Positions 1 to 8,120 of a stretch of DNA of 51,903 bases are shown here, piece by piece. Numbering within the stretch: position 1 is the first letter of the stretch; the number at the start of each line of letters is the position of its first letter. Both the position numbers and the translations under genes were made by a program. A model generated the notes under the pieces. The model was not told the DNA's origin, ran no database searches, and saw only the letters and a program-made list of their open reading frames with translations. Origin of the DNA: Gemmatimonadota bacterium. Lineage in GTDB: Bacteria > Gemmatimonadota > Gemmatimonadetes > Gemmatimonadales > GWC2-71-9. The stretch lies in assembly GCA_041691295.1 (NCBI GenBank), contig JBEPVA010000003.1, positions 1 to 51,903 on the forward strand. The letters run 5' to 3'.

Positions 1-547
1 GCCGCCGGTCGAGACGCCGGGCCAGCGTTTCGAGCCGCGCCGATATCCGCTGATATTCGTGCCGGCTGGTGAGTGGCAGGTCGAATCCCCAGATATGAAT
101 CAGGTCCGCAATTGGCGGGGAGCCCCGGGTCTTGGCGGTCCGGTCAAAATCCAGCAGCGAAAAAAACGAATCGACACCACCGCTGAACATCAGGGCCGTG
201 CCGCCCGCGCCCCGGGCCGTCACACTCCTCACGCCGGCCACCTCGATTGGCACGGGCCGCCGCCCGGGAAACCACCGGGTCCACAGCGCCTGGAGCCGGT
301 CGGCATTGGCGAGCAGGACCGGATCGACGGTGGCAGGGAGGCGGAGCGGCTCGCCGAGGTGGAAGGCCAGTGGCAGCAGGGCCAGCAGCCAGCCGTCCCC
401 GCCCAGGATTGGGTCCGCCTGCACCTCGGGCAGGTCGAACCAGAGCGGCTCGGGCTGAAAGCCTGGCCGGTCGTAATGAACCATCACCGCCACCCGCTGG
501 TGACCGGCCAGGAGGGCCGGCCCGGCCCGAACGGGTTCGATTCGCAT
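1..547 (-). CDS. PP-loop (SGGxDS) ATP-pyrophosphatase superfamily protein, N-terminal part; the gene runs off the left window edge
   Basis: My own reverse-complement translation from ATG at 547-545 gives MRIEPVRAGPALLAGHQRVAVMVHYDRPGFQPEPLWFDLPEVQADPILGGDGWLL...ARGAGGTALMFSGGVDSFFSLLDFDRTAKTRG. It is open to position 1, which is why the ORF track lacks it. SGGVDS is the PP-loop motif. Divergent from the MarR gene. Confidence 0.6.
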   Translation of the reverse strand, partial: MRIEPVRAGPALLAGHQRVAVMVHYDRPGFQPEPLWFDLPEVQADPILGGDGWLLALLPLAFHLGEPLRLPATVDPVLLANADRLQALWTRWFPGRRPVPIEVAGVRSVTARGAGGTALMFSGGVDSFFSLLDFDRTAKTRGSPPIADLIHIWGFDLPLTSRHEYQRISARLETLARRLDRR

Positions 548-624
548 GGTGCCTCAAGATAATGCCACCTCCCGGGGCCACGGTTGACCCGCTGAGTCCC
601 GTAGTTACATTGGGATCAATATTT

Positions 625-1140
625 ATGTCAATACAAATCTCCCGGATCCGCCCGCGCCGTTCATCGCCCCCGGCCGCTCCCGGTACTGATGCCGAGCGGG
701 TGGTGCAGGGCCTGCGCCGGGTGGTCCGGGCGCTGCAGACCTTCTCGCAGGAGATCTACCGCAACTACGGACTCACGGCGCCCCAGCTCTGGGCGCTCAA
801 GACGCTGCGTCGGGAAGGATCGATGCCGATCGGCCGGCTGGCCGAGGCGCTGGCGGTCCATCAGAGCAGCCTGTCGCTGCTGGTCGATCGATTGGCGGCC
901 CGTGGGCTGGTCCGGCGGCGGCGGGGCCAGACCGACCGGCGGGTGGTGGACCTGGTCCTGACACCCAGGGGCCGGACGCTGGCGGACGATGCCCCCGAGG
1001 CGGCCCAGGGCCGGCTGCTGCATGGGCTCGAAAAGCTGCCGCCGGCGCGAGTCAGGGAAATCCGGGCCTCCGTCGACCAGATTGTCGATGCCATGGAAGC
1101 CGGAGACATCGAGGCCCGCTTCTTCTTCGCCGACGGCTGA
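625..1140 (+). CDS. MarR family transcriptional regulator
   Basis: The C-terminal 171 aa of track ORF 247..1140 carry a winged-helix MarR signature: LTAPQLWALKTLRREGSMPIGRLAEALAVHQSSLSLLVDRLAARGLVRRRRGQTDRRVVDLVLTPRG. I chose ATG at 625 (MSIQISR). The upstream part of the ORF is Arg/Pro/Gly junk overlapping the divergent gene. Confidence 0.85.
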   Translation: MSIQISRIRPRRSSPPAAPGTDAERVVQGLRRVVRALQTFSQEIYRNYGLTAPQLWALKTLRREGSMPIGRLAEALAVHQSSLSLLVDRLAARGLVRRRRGQTDRRVVDLVLTPRGRTLADDAPEAAQGRLLHGLEKLPPARVREIRASVDQIVDAMEAGDIEARFFFADG

Positions 1141-1557
1141 ATGGCAACCACAGACCGGTCAGAACAGCGGGTGCTGCAGCTCAGCGGTTTCGGTGTGGCG
1201 GCCACAGCGGCCACGGCCGTGACCCGGCACCTGACCGCGCGTGATCGGATGGTGCGGGCGGCCAAGGCCTTCGGGCTGGCGCTGGCATCGGCCCTCATCA
1301 TGCTGCCGATTCCAATCATCCACCTGATCGGGCCCCCAGTCGTCCTGCTGATCGGTCTCGTGGTAGCCGTCAAGCGTCTCGGTCAGGGGCAGATCTTTGC
1401 CTCCGCCGAGGGTGAGTGCCCATTCTGTCACGTGACCCAGCCGCTGGGATTAAGAGACAGCCGATTCCGGCTGCCGGTCGACCTGATCTGTCGTTCCTGC
1501 CGCCAGCCGCTCCAGCTTGAATCCAGGTCGGACCAGCAATCCCCATCCCTTGGCTGA
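1141..1557 (+). CDS. Small membrane protein with a C-terminal CxxC...CxxC zinc-ribbon-like motif
   Basis: The ATG directly follows the MarR TGA. Two hydrophobic helices (ALASALIMLPIPIIHLIGPPVVLLIGLVVAV) are followed by CPFCH...CRSCRQ. No family recognised. Confidence 0.55.
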   Translation: MATTDRSEQRVLQLSGFGVAATAATAVTRHLTARDRMVRAAKAFGLALASALIMLPIPIIHLIGPPVVLLIGLVVAVKRLGQGQIFASAEGECPFCHVTQPLGLRDSRFRLPVDLICRSCRQPLQLESRSDQQSPSLG

Positions 1558-3373
1558 CAATCTGAGGGACTATACCGCCGACCGCCGGCTGTTTGTCACT
1601 GGCGGCATGGCGATTGTGATCGGTGCCCTGAGCGGGCTGGTCGCCTGGGTGCTGCTCCGGCTGATCGCGCTGGTCACCAATCTGGCCTATTACCAGCGAT
1701 TTTCGACTGCACCGTCAGTACCCTCCGGTCACCATCTGGGTGCATGGGCAGTGGTCGTGCCCGTGATTGGCGGATTGCTGGTCGGGCTGATGGCCCGTTT
1801 CGGATCCGCCAAAATCCGAGGTCATGGGATCCCGGAGGCGCTCGAGGCCATCCTCATCGGACAGAGCCGGATGGATGCCAAGGTCGCCTTTCTCAAGCCG
1901 GTGGCTTCGGCGATTGCGATCGGCACCGGCGGGCCGTTTGGCGCCGAGGGGCCGATCATCATGACTGCCGGTGCCTTCGGGTCGCTGTTTGCCCAGGGCT
2001 TCCACCTCACCTCGGCGGAGCGGAAGACACTGCTGGTCGCCGGTGCGGCGGGCGGCATGGCCGCGATCTTCAGCGCCCCGTTCGCGGCGGTCATGCTGGC
2101 CGTCGAACTGCTGTTGTTCGAATGGAAGCCGCGCAGCTTCATCCCGGCCGCAATCGCGGCGTCTACCGCCTGGGCAGTCCGGATCCCCTTGCTCGGATCC
2201 GGCCCGGTCTTTCCGGTCAGTGCCCACGGCAGCTTCACTCCGGGCCAACTGCTGGCGGCGGCAGGGCTCGGGCTGCTCGCCGGGGTGGGCGGCTGCCTCC
2301 TGACGCTGCTGGTCTATGGGGTCGAAGACGCCTTCGACCGGCTGCCGATCCACTGGATGTGGTGGCCGGCCCTCGGCGCTGTCGTGGTAGGGCTGGGAGG
2401 ATTGATCGAGCCGCGGGCGCTCGGGGTGGGGTATGACGTGATCCGGGACCTGCTGGACGGCCGGATCATCGGCGGGATGCTGGTCGGATTCCTGGTCGTC
2501 AAGGCCGTCATCTGGGCGGTGGCTCTTGGATCGGGAACCTCGGGCGGCGTGCTTGCGCCACTCCTGCTCGTCGGCGGCGCGCTCGGCGCACTGCTCGCCC
2601 GGGTCATTCCGGTCGGTGACTCCGCGCTCTGGGCGCTGATCGGAATGGCCGCGATGATGGGTGGCACCATGGGAGCGCCACTGACCTCCATTGCCTTTCT
2701 GCTCGAGTTGACCGGCGATCTCAGCGTGGGACCCGGGCTGCTGGTCGCCTGCACCATGGCCTCTCTCGTCACGGTCCTGGTACTCCGCCGCTCGATTCTG
2801 ACCGAAAAGATTGCCCGCCGAGGTTTGCATGTGGCCCGTGAGTACACGGTCAGCCCACTCACTCGACTCCGGGTCAGGGATGTCATGCAGGCTTCGGTTC
2901 CGACGCTCGGTGGTGCCGATTCCCTGGCGAGCCTGATCGATGGAATCGCCGAGGGAGACCCAATTCTGTCCCATGGTCACGCCTGGCCGGTGCTCGATGA
3001 AGCCGGGAAGTTGAGCGGGATTCTTACCCGTGGTGATCTGGTCAGGGCCCAGGCCTCAGGCAACTGGGCAGAGCTGTCCATCGGCCATATCGCGACCGGC
3101 AGCCCCGTGGTGGCTCACCCGGACGAGCTGGTCGAAACGGCGGTGGTGAGGATGGTCAGTGCCGGCGTCGGCAGACTCCCGGTGGTGGCTCCGGACCAGC
3201 CTGCCGTGCTGGTGGGGTTGCTGGACCGGGCAGCCATCACCACGGCCTGGGCCATGGTCGCTGAGGAGGAGGCTGGGCGGGAGGATGGGTGGCTGACCGC
3301 ACCGATGCGAGGATTGCGGCGTCGGGTAAGAGAGGCCATCGATGGACCGACAGGCCTGAACCCGGCAGCCTGA
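1517..3373 (+). CDS. ClC-family voltage-gated chloride/proton channel with a C-terminal CBS pair
   Basis: Contains GHGIPEALEAI, GTGGPFGAEGPIIMTAG and GxxGG selectivity-filter-like motifs across about 10 TM helices, then two CBS-like repeats (VRDVM...WPVLDEAGKLSGILTRGDL and VVAHPDELVETAVVRMVSAGVGRLPVV). The start is uncertain: TTG at 1517 overlaps the previous gene, and an internal ATG near 1607 is also possible. Confidence 0.9.
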   Translation: MNPGRTSNPHPLADNLRDYTADRRLFVTGGMAIVIGALSGLVAWVLLRLIALVTNLAYYQRFSTAPSVPSGHHLGAWAVVVPVIGGLLVGLMARFGSAKIRGHGIPEALEAILIGQSRMDAKVAFLKPVASAIAIGTGGPFGAEGPIIMTAGAFGSLFAQGFHLTSAERKTLLVAGAAGGMAAIFSAPFAAVMLAVELLLFEWKPRSFIPAAIAASTAWAVRIPLLGSGPVFPVSAHGSFTPGQLLAAAGLGLLAGVGGCLLTLLVYGVEDAFDRLPIHWMWWPALGAVVVGLGGLIEPRALGVGYDVIRDLLDGRIIGGMLVGFLVVKAVIWAVALGSGTSGGVLAPLLLVGGALGALLARVIPVGDSALWALIGMAAMMGGTMGAPLTSIAFLLELTGDLSVGPGLLVACTMASLVTVLVLRRSILTEKIARRGLHVAREYTVSPLTRLRVRDVMQASVPTLGGADSLASLIDGIAEGDPILSHGHAWPVLDEAGKLSGILTRGDLVRAQASGNWAELSIGHIATGSPVVAHPDELVETAVVRMVSAGVGRLPVVAPDQPAVLVGLLDRAAITTAWAMVAEEEAGREDGWLTAPMRGLRRRVREAIDGPTGLNPAA

Positions 3374-3506
3374 CCCCCCTACCATCAATGGTAGTTGCGT
3401 AAATAGAGGCTGTATCCCATCGTATTGTTTTTCCGGAAGCCCTTTGGGCTTCCCGGACCCGCCAGGTAAAAAGCCAGACTTCGCAACAGCTCAGAGACTT
3501 TTCCCG

Positions 3507-3536
3507 CCCGCCAACCCTGGCGGGTTTATGTATTTT
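3507..3536 (+). terminator. Putative Rho-independent terminator after the ClC gene
   Basis: Stem cccgcc/ggcggg with loop aaccct, followed by tttatgtatttt. Confidence 0.5.
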
Positions 3537-3559
3537 GACCTTCCAGCCGGAGACGTCCG

Positions 3560-3877
3560 ATGCCGACCCCGCCACAGCGCAACCACCGTATCACCCTGGA
3601 GCAAGGCATCGAATTCACCAGCCGGTTCCGCAAGGCCGCGCCCGACGCAATCAAGGCCTCGCTGTTCTGGAGCATTGGAGGACTGACGGAACTGATGGCC
3701 CAGAAGAATTGCGCGGGCCTCCGGATCTACAACGGGCTGGATGAGGCTGGCGCCCCTGTACCCGTCCTGGTGGCCGTCAATGCAAATGGCGATGACCTGA
3801 CGTCGGGAATGATTCTCGAGCTCACCCTCCCGTGCCCGCCGTTCTGCCCGCTCACCAGTCGGCTCTGCACCGGATGA
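3560..3877 (+). CDS. Conserved-looking hypothetical protein of 105 aa with a C-terminal PCPPFCP motif
   Basis: GGAG lies about 8 nt upstream of the ATG. Amino-acid composition is not GC-junk (ITLEQGIEFTSRFRKAAPDAIKASLFWSIGGLTELMAQKNCAGLRIYNGLDEAG). The stop overlaps the next ATG (ATGA at 3874-3877). Confidence 0.55.
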   Translation: MPTPPQRNHRITLEQGIEFTSRFRKAAPDAIKASLFWSIGGLTELMAQKNCAGLRIYNGLDEAGAPVPVLVAVNANGDDLTSGMILELTLPCPPFCPLTSRLCTG

Positions 3878-4533
3878 TAGCCGCAGTTTACTTCTTCGCC
3901 TATCTCTACTTCGCCTCGGAACTCCTGCCGCCATTGATGGCGCTACTCAGGCGCCCCGTGGATCGGACTCGTTCGAAAGTGGCACTCTTCTGCCTCGTGA
4001 TGTTCCTGTTCGAAATGGTGCTGATCGGCTTCCAGCACAGAGCGCCAGGGGGAAACGTCTGGCTATCCTATATCGTGCATCCGACCGAAGCAGTGCTGGT
4101 CTGCTGGATACTCAGCGATTGGCAGGTACGACCCCGGGCCCGGAGGGCCCTGGGGTATCTGGTTCCGGTCTACCTGATCACCATGACCATCCTCACTCTG
4201 ACCGAGGAACGTTCGGACACTTTCAGCCTGATCACCGGTTCGTTGTCGGGCTTCGCAATGCTCTGCCTGGTGCTCTACACCCTGGTGACCAACAGCCTCC
4301 TCGAGCGAGAAGAGCTGCGCCACCGCGACTGGTTCTGGGTCTGCCTTGGCTTCACCGTATACTTCTGTGCCGAAACGGGGGTCGAGCCGGTAGAACGTTT
4401 TCTGCTCTCGACAGATCTACCAGCGCTCATTCGGATTGCGATCGTCAAACCCGTGGTTGAGACCGTGGCCATGGTGCTGATCGCGCGGGGGATGTTCTGC
4501 CCGGTCCGACCCGCAGAGACCAGGATGGTTTGA
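3874..4533 (+). CDS. Polytopic membrane protein, a putative sensor-type membrane module
   Basis: I chose ATG at 3874 (MIAAVYFFAYLYF...), translationally coupled to the upstream gene. It has about 6 hydrophobic helices. Its C-terminus is homologous to ORF 4547..4813. Confidence 0.65.
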   Translation: MIAAVYFFAYLYFASELLPPLMALLRRPVDRTRSKVALFCLVMFLFEMVLIGFQHRAPGGNVWLSYIVHPTEAVLVCWILSDWQVRPRARRALGYLVPVYLITMTILTLTEERSDTFSLITGSLSGFAMLCLVLYTLVTNSLLEREELRHRDWFWVCLGFTVYFCAETGVEPVERFLLSTDLPALIRIAIVKPVVETVAMVLIARGMFCPVRPAETRMV

Positions 4534-4546
4534 TAGCTGCGGGCGG

Positions 4547-4813
4547 ATGATTGCCACGGCGGCCCGATTTGACTGGTTCTGGATTTGCAGTGGTTTATTG
4601 CTCTATTTCATCGGGATGATCGAGTTTGACCCGATCCTGCGACGGCTGTTCGCCGATAATCTGAACGGCGCCTTCGCGGTACGGGCCGCCAAATCGGTCT
4701 CCGATATCATCGCCATGCTCGCGATCGCCAAAGGCCTGCTGTGCACGAATCCACAACTCCGATCGCGTGGGTCTTCGTCGCCTCGCTCCTCGCGGCCGTT
4801 GCAGTTCTCATAG
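4547..4813 (+). CDS. Fragment paralogous to the last two helices of the 3874..4533 membrane protein; possibly the frame-shifted N-terminus of the downstream kinase
   Basis: RFDWFWICSGLLLYFIGMIEFDPILRRLF...IIAMLAIAKGLLC aligns with RDWFWVCLGFTVYFCAETGVEPVERFL...TVAMVLIARGMFC. The tail after 4741 overlaps the kinase ORF in another frame. Confidence 0.3.
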   Translation: MIATAARFDWFWICSGLLLYFIGMIEFDPILRRLFADNLNGAFAVRAAKSVSDIIAMLAIAKGLLCTNPQLRSRGSSSPRSSRPLQFS

Positions 4814-5511
4814 CGTTCGGCGTGGCCCTGCTGGTTTACCAGCGCCGGTTCCTGGCCATGCACCGGGAATACTCCAGCCAGCTGCTGGCGGCGCAGGATG
4901 AGGAGCGGGCCTGGGTGGCCCGCGAGGTCCACGACGACGCCCTGCAGCGGATTGCGCTGCTCGACCATGAGTGCAACCGCCTGGTGCCGATGGTCCGCCC
5001 CGACGGAGAGGGCGCGTCGGTCGACGCCATCCGCGGTGAAATCAAGGACCTGGGCGTGGTTCTCAGGGGGTTGGCTCACCGGCTGCACCCCGCTCTGCTC
5101 GACCGTGGCGGACTCTGTGTAGCATTGAGCAATCTGGGTGGGGAAATCGAGCGCAGCAGCTCGCTCCGGGTGCTGGTCACTGTTCCGGCCGCCGTACCAC
5201 GGATCACGCCGGCCCAGGCACTGGCGATGTACCGGATCGCGCAGGAGGGGCTCCGCAACGTGGTCAAGCACGCCGGCGTCAACGAGGCCCGGCTGGAACT
5301 GGCCGAGTCGGTGGAGGGATACACCCTGTCGATCCTCGACGCGGGCAAGGGGTTCGATCCTGGCGCCGCCATGAACGGCAAGCGGGGGCTGGGACTCGTC
5401 ACCATGAAGGAACGGGCCTTTCTGGCCCAGGGCCACTATTCCATGACCGCTCGACCGGACGGCGGCACCGCTGTCCGGGTTCGCTTTCCCAAGCTGGCGG
5501 AGGGCACATGA
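4741..5511 (+). CDS. Sensor histidine kinase, NarL-partner type (HisKA_3 + HATPase_c)
   Basis: One TM helix (IAWVFVASLLAAVAVLIAFGVALLVY) is followed by EERAWVAREVHDDALQRIALL (H-box) and a G-box (GLGLVTMKERA). GTG start. Confidence 0.85.
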   Translation: MHESTTPIAWVFVASLLAAVAVLIAFGVALLVYQRRFLAMHREYSSQLLAAQDEERAWVAREVHDDALQRIALLDHECNRLVPMVRPDGEGASVDAIRGEIKDLGVVLRGLAHRLHPALLDRGGLCVALSNLGGEIERSSSLRVLVTVPAAVPRITPAQALAMYRIAQEGLRNVVKHAGVNEARLELAESVEGYTLSILDAGKGFDPGAAMNGKRGLGLVTMKERAFLAQGHYSMTARPDGGTAVRVRFPKLAEGT

Positions 5512-6167
5512 GCACCAAGGTCACAGTCATTCTGGTAGAAGATCATCAGCTGGTCGCCGAAGGGATGAAGGCCGCGCTCCAGGACGATCTGGACATCCTG
5601 GCCTGCGTCCACACGGCCGCCGATGCGCTGGTGGCGGCGGTCCAACTGGCGCCGGATGTCATCCTGCTCGATCTCAGCCTCCCCGACCGCAGTGGCCTCG
5701 AGCTGATCTCGGAACTGCGATCCATCGCCCCGAACTCGCGGATCCTGGTGGTCAGCATGCACACCGACCGCTCGCTGGCGGAGGCGGCGGTCAGCGTGGG
5801 CGCCCAGGGCTATGTCCCCAAGGACGCCGGCATCTCCGAGCTGCTGGTGGCCATCTCGGAGCTGATGGCCGACCGCCGCTTCCTCTCGAGCCTGCTTACC
5901 CGGGAACACTTCAAGACCCGGGTAGGACCGACCCAGCTGGGACTCTCTCGGCTCACCCCCCGCCAGCAGCAGATCGTCCGGATGATCGGGCGGGCCCTTT
6001 CCTCCGCCGAAATCGCCGAGCAGCTCGGCTTGAGCCTCAATACCGTCGCCTTTCACCGCAAACGGATCCGGGCGGCGCTCGGCATCGATTCCGAACTCGG
6101 GTTGGTGAAGTACGCCTGGATTATCCAGATGGGAAATGAGGGCGCTGCCGAGGTGCTCGAAGGGTGA
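5508..6167 (+). CDS. Response regulator, NarL/LuxR family (REC + HTH_LuxR)
   Basis: Contains VILVEDHQLVAEGM...DVILLDLSLPDRSGLELI and LTPRQQQIVRMIGRALSSAEIAEQLGLSLNTVAFHRKRI. ATGA overlap with the kinase stop. Confidence 0.9.
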   Translation: MSTKVTVILVEDHQLVAEGMKAALQDDLDILACVHTAADALVAAVQLAPDVILLDLSLPDRSGLELISELRSIAPNSRILVVSMHTDRSLAEAAVSVGAQGYVPKDAGISELLVAISELMADRRFLSSLLTREHFKTRVGPTQLGLSRLTPRQQQIVRMIGRALSSAEIAEQLGLSLNTVAFHRKRIRAALGIDSELGLVKYAWIIQMGNEGAAEVLEG

Positions 6168-7009
6168 CCCCGCCGCCGACCGAGAACCCGCTGCTGCTAC
6201 ACCGGCTCGGCTCAGCCGGCGCCTTGCGTGATCAGCCGGCCCTCCGCTGGCAGTCCGGCACCAGTTCGGAACGGATCGAGCGGATTGCCGAAGAGGTGCC
6301 GGTCGCCATCGGGTATAACGGCCAGGCGCACGTGGTCATGATGGCCACCCCGGCCGACCTCGAGGATTTTGCCCTGGGCTTCAGCCTGACCGAAGGGCTG
6401 ATCACCTCAGCCGCTGAGTTCCGCGGTGTCGAGGTGGTGCGCTACAGCCGCGGAGTCGAGCTGCAGGTGGCGGTCGATCCCGCCCGTGATGCGGTGATCG
6501 CGGACCGAGGCCGCCGGCTGACGGGGCGCACCGGCTGCGGCCTCTGCGGGGCGGACAGCGTGGACGCCGTGCTCCGGCCCATCCGTCCGGTTCCCGACGG
6601 ACTGGTCATATCACCGACCGCTATTCACCGGGCGCTGGATGCGCTCAGCGCCGGGCAGCGGCTCAACGCCGAGTCGGGTGCGGTGCATGCAGCCGGCTGG
6701 GCCGATTCGGATGGAAGTGTCGGGCTGGTACGGGAGGATGTAGGCCGGCACAACGCGCTGGATAAGCTGATTGGCGCCGTGGTCCGGAAGGATATTGACC
6801 CAGCCAGCGGTTTTGTGGTCGTCACCAGCCGGGCCAGCTTCGAGATGGTGCAGAAGACGGTGACGCTCGGCGCCTCCCTGCTGGTCGCGATTTCGGGTCC
6901 GACGGGATTGGCGGTGCAGGTGGCGGAGCAGGCTGGGTTGACGCTGGTCGGGTTTGCCCGGGCGGACCGTCACACCATCTACGCCAATCCGCATCGAATC
7001 CAGGGCTGA
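6164..7009 (+). CDS. fdhD: Formate dehydrogenase accessory sulfurtransferase FdhD
   Basis: Contains TGRTGCGLCGADSVDAV, GRHNALDKLIGA and VVVTSRASFEMVQK. The GTG start overlaps the response-regulator stop. Confidence 0.9.
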   Translation: MTPPPTENPLLLHRLGSAGALRDQPALRWQSGTSSERIERIAEEVPVAIGYNGQAHVVMMATPADLEDFALGFSLTEGLITSAAEFRGVEVVRYSRGVELQVAVDPARDAVIADRGRRLTGRTGCGLCGADSVDAVLRPIRPVPDGLVISPTAIHRALDALSAGQRLNAESGAVHAAGWADSDGSVGLVREDVGRHNALDKLIGAVVRKDIDPASGFVVVTSRASFEMVQKTVTLGASLLVAISGPTGLAVQVAEQAGLTLVGFARADRHTIYANPHRIQG

Positions 7010-7033
7010 CCGGCACTCCTCCGCTCCACCCGA

Positions 7034-7957
7034 TCAGCGATGCGACAGGCTGATCTGCTTCTCGATGGTGCCAGCCAATTCCAGAGTGGCAGCCAGCCGG
7101 TGGAGCTCCCGTCCCGACGGAGTGAGTGGTTCGCGGTCCGGAACCACCAGCCCGACGGTGTGGGTGGGTGAGGGCTTGACCAGGGGGGTGGCGCGGATGT
7201 GACTGATTTCGCCTAGCAGGTAGAGATAGGTCTGGGGCAGGATGGTGGACCAGTGGCCGGTCCGCAGGTGATCGCAGAGGGTCAGGATCGAGTTGGTCTC
7301 GAGATGCGGGTGGACGTCGGCCCCGGCCTCGTGAAAATGCAGGTCGATGATCCGCCGGTTCTGCATGTCCGGTGTCAGCAGGCAGAGCGGTGTCGCGGCC
7401 GCGTCGAGCCAGCTGATCGAGTCCCGCCCGGCCGGAGTGCCATCTTCCGGGGTGAACAGGTAGTAGCGTTCGCGGTAGAGCTCGAGGGTCCGGACCCGCT
7501 GCAGTGGCTCGTTGTCCAGGTAGGTCAGGCCGCCGTCGAGGCTGAAATCGTCGAGGCCGCGCTGGATATCGGCCGAGGTCATCGAATGCACGGTGATGGT
7601 GACCTGCGGGAACTGCTGGGCAAACGGCGTGGTCAGCAGGGACACGACCGGCAGCGCGACCGGAATGGCGCCGATCCTCAACCTCCCGGTCAGGCTGGCC
7701 TTCATCTGGCTGACTTCCTGATTCAGGCTGTCGCAGTCCGCCAGGATCCGCCGGGCCCACTCCAGGACCCGGGCTCCCTCCGGGGTAAATCCCTGGAACC
7801 GCTGGCCCCGCTGGACCACCAGGATGCCAAGTTCCTCCTCCAGCTGTTTGACGCCGGCCGACAGGGTCGGCTGGGTGACGCCGCACTGGGCGGCGGCCCG
7901 GGCAAAGTGCTGCTCCTGGGCCAGGGCGACGAGGTATTGGAGGTTCTTGAAGATCAT
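7034..7957 (-). CDS. LysR family transcriptional regulator
   Basis: N-terminal HTH (LQYLVALAQEQHFARAAAQCGVTQPTLSAGVKQLEEELGILVVQRGQRFQGFTPEG) followed by a LysR substrate-binding domain. Confidence 0.9.
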   Translation of the reverse strand: MIFKNLQYLVALAQEQHFARAAAQCGVTQPTLSAGVKQLEEELGILVVQRGQRFQGFTPEGARVLEWARRILADCDSLNQEVSQMKASLTGRLRIGAIPVALPVVSLLTTPFAQQFPQVTITVHSMTSADIQRGLDDFSLDGGLTYLDNEPLQRVRTLELYRERYYLFTPEDGTPAGRDSISWLDAAATPLCLLTPDMQNRRIIDLHFHEAGADVHPHLETNSILTLCDHLRTGHWSTILPQTYLYLLGEISHIRATPLVKPSPTHTVGLVVPDREPLTPSGRELHRLAATLELAGTIEKQISLSHR

Positions 7958-7991
7958 GGCAGCTCTCCGCGGCTGCCGGAACCTTAACTAC

Positions 7992-8114
7992 AGGACACAG
8001 GAGACGGGAGACAGGAAACGGCGCAAAGCGAAAGGAGGAGAGAGGAAGGGAAAGGTGACGGGAATAGCGGCCCCGGACCGTTTCGCCTTCGTCCCTCCTC
8101 CTTCCTCCCTCTTC
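7992..8114. repeat. Composite heptamer-array / imperfect inverted-repeat element
   Basis: Heptamers aggacac aggagac gggagac aggaaac at 7992-8019. A purine arm gaaaggaggagagaggaagggaaagg faces a pyrimidine arm ccttcgtccctcctccttcctccctcttc, with a core containing ggccccggaccgtttcg. Abuts the stop (8121) of the minus-strand DUF2911 gene. Confidence 0.7.
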
Positions 8115-8120
8115 GATCGG

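Noticed and set aside
247-624. Long N-terminal extensions in the track for MarR (247), DUF2911 (to 9479), DUF445 (from 9022), TatC (from 15481), kinase 1 (from 22142), YdeP (from 27887) and kinase 2 (from 42951).
   Set aside because: The extensions are low-complexity Arg/Pro/Gly/Ala sequence that overlaps neighbouring genes or repeat elements. Internal starts give canonical N-termini, signal peptides or Shine-Dalgarno spacing.
3435-3453. The perfect hairpin ggaagccc-ttt-gggcttcc as a terminator.
   Set aside because: No T-run follows it on the + strand, and an A-run would follow it on the minus strand. The adjacent hairpin at 3507-3536 fits a terminator better. It is kept only as an unexplained stem-loop.
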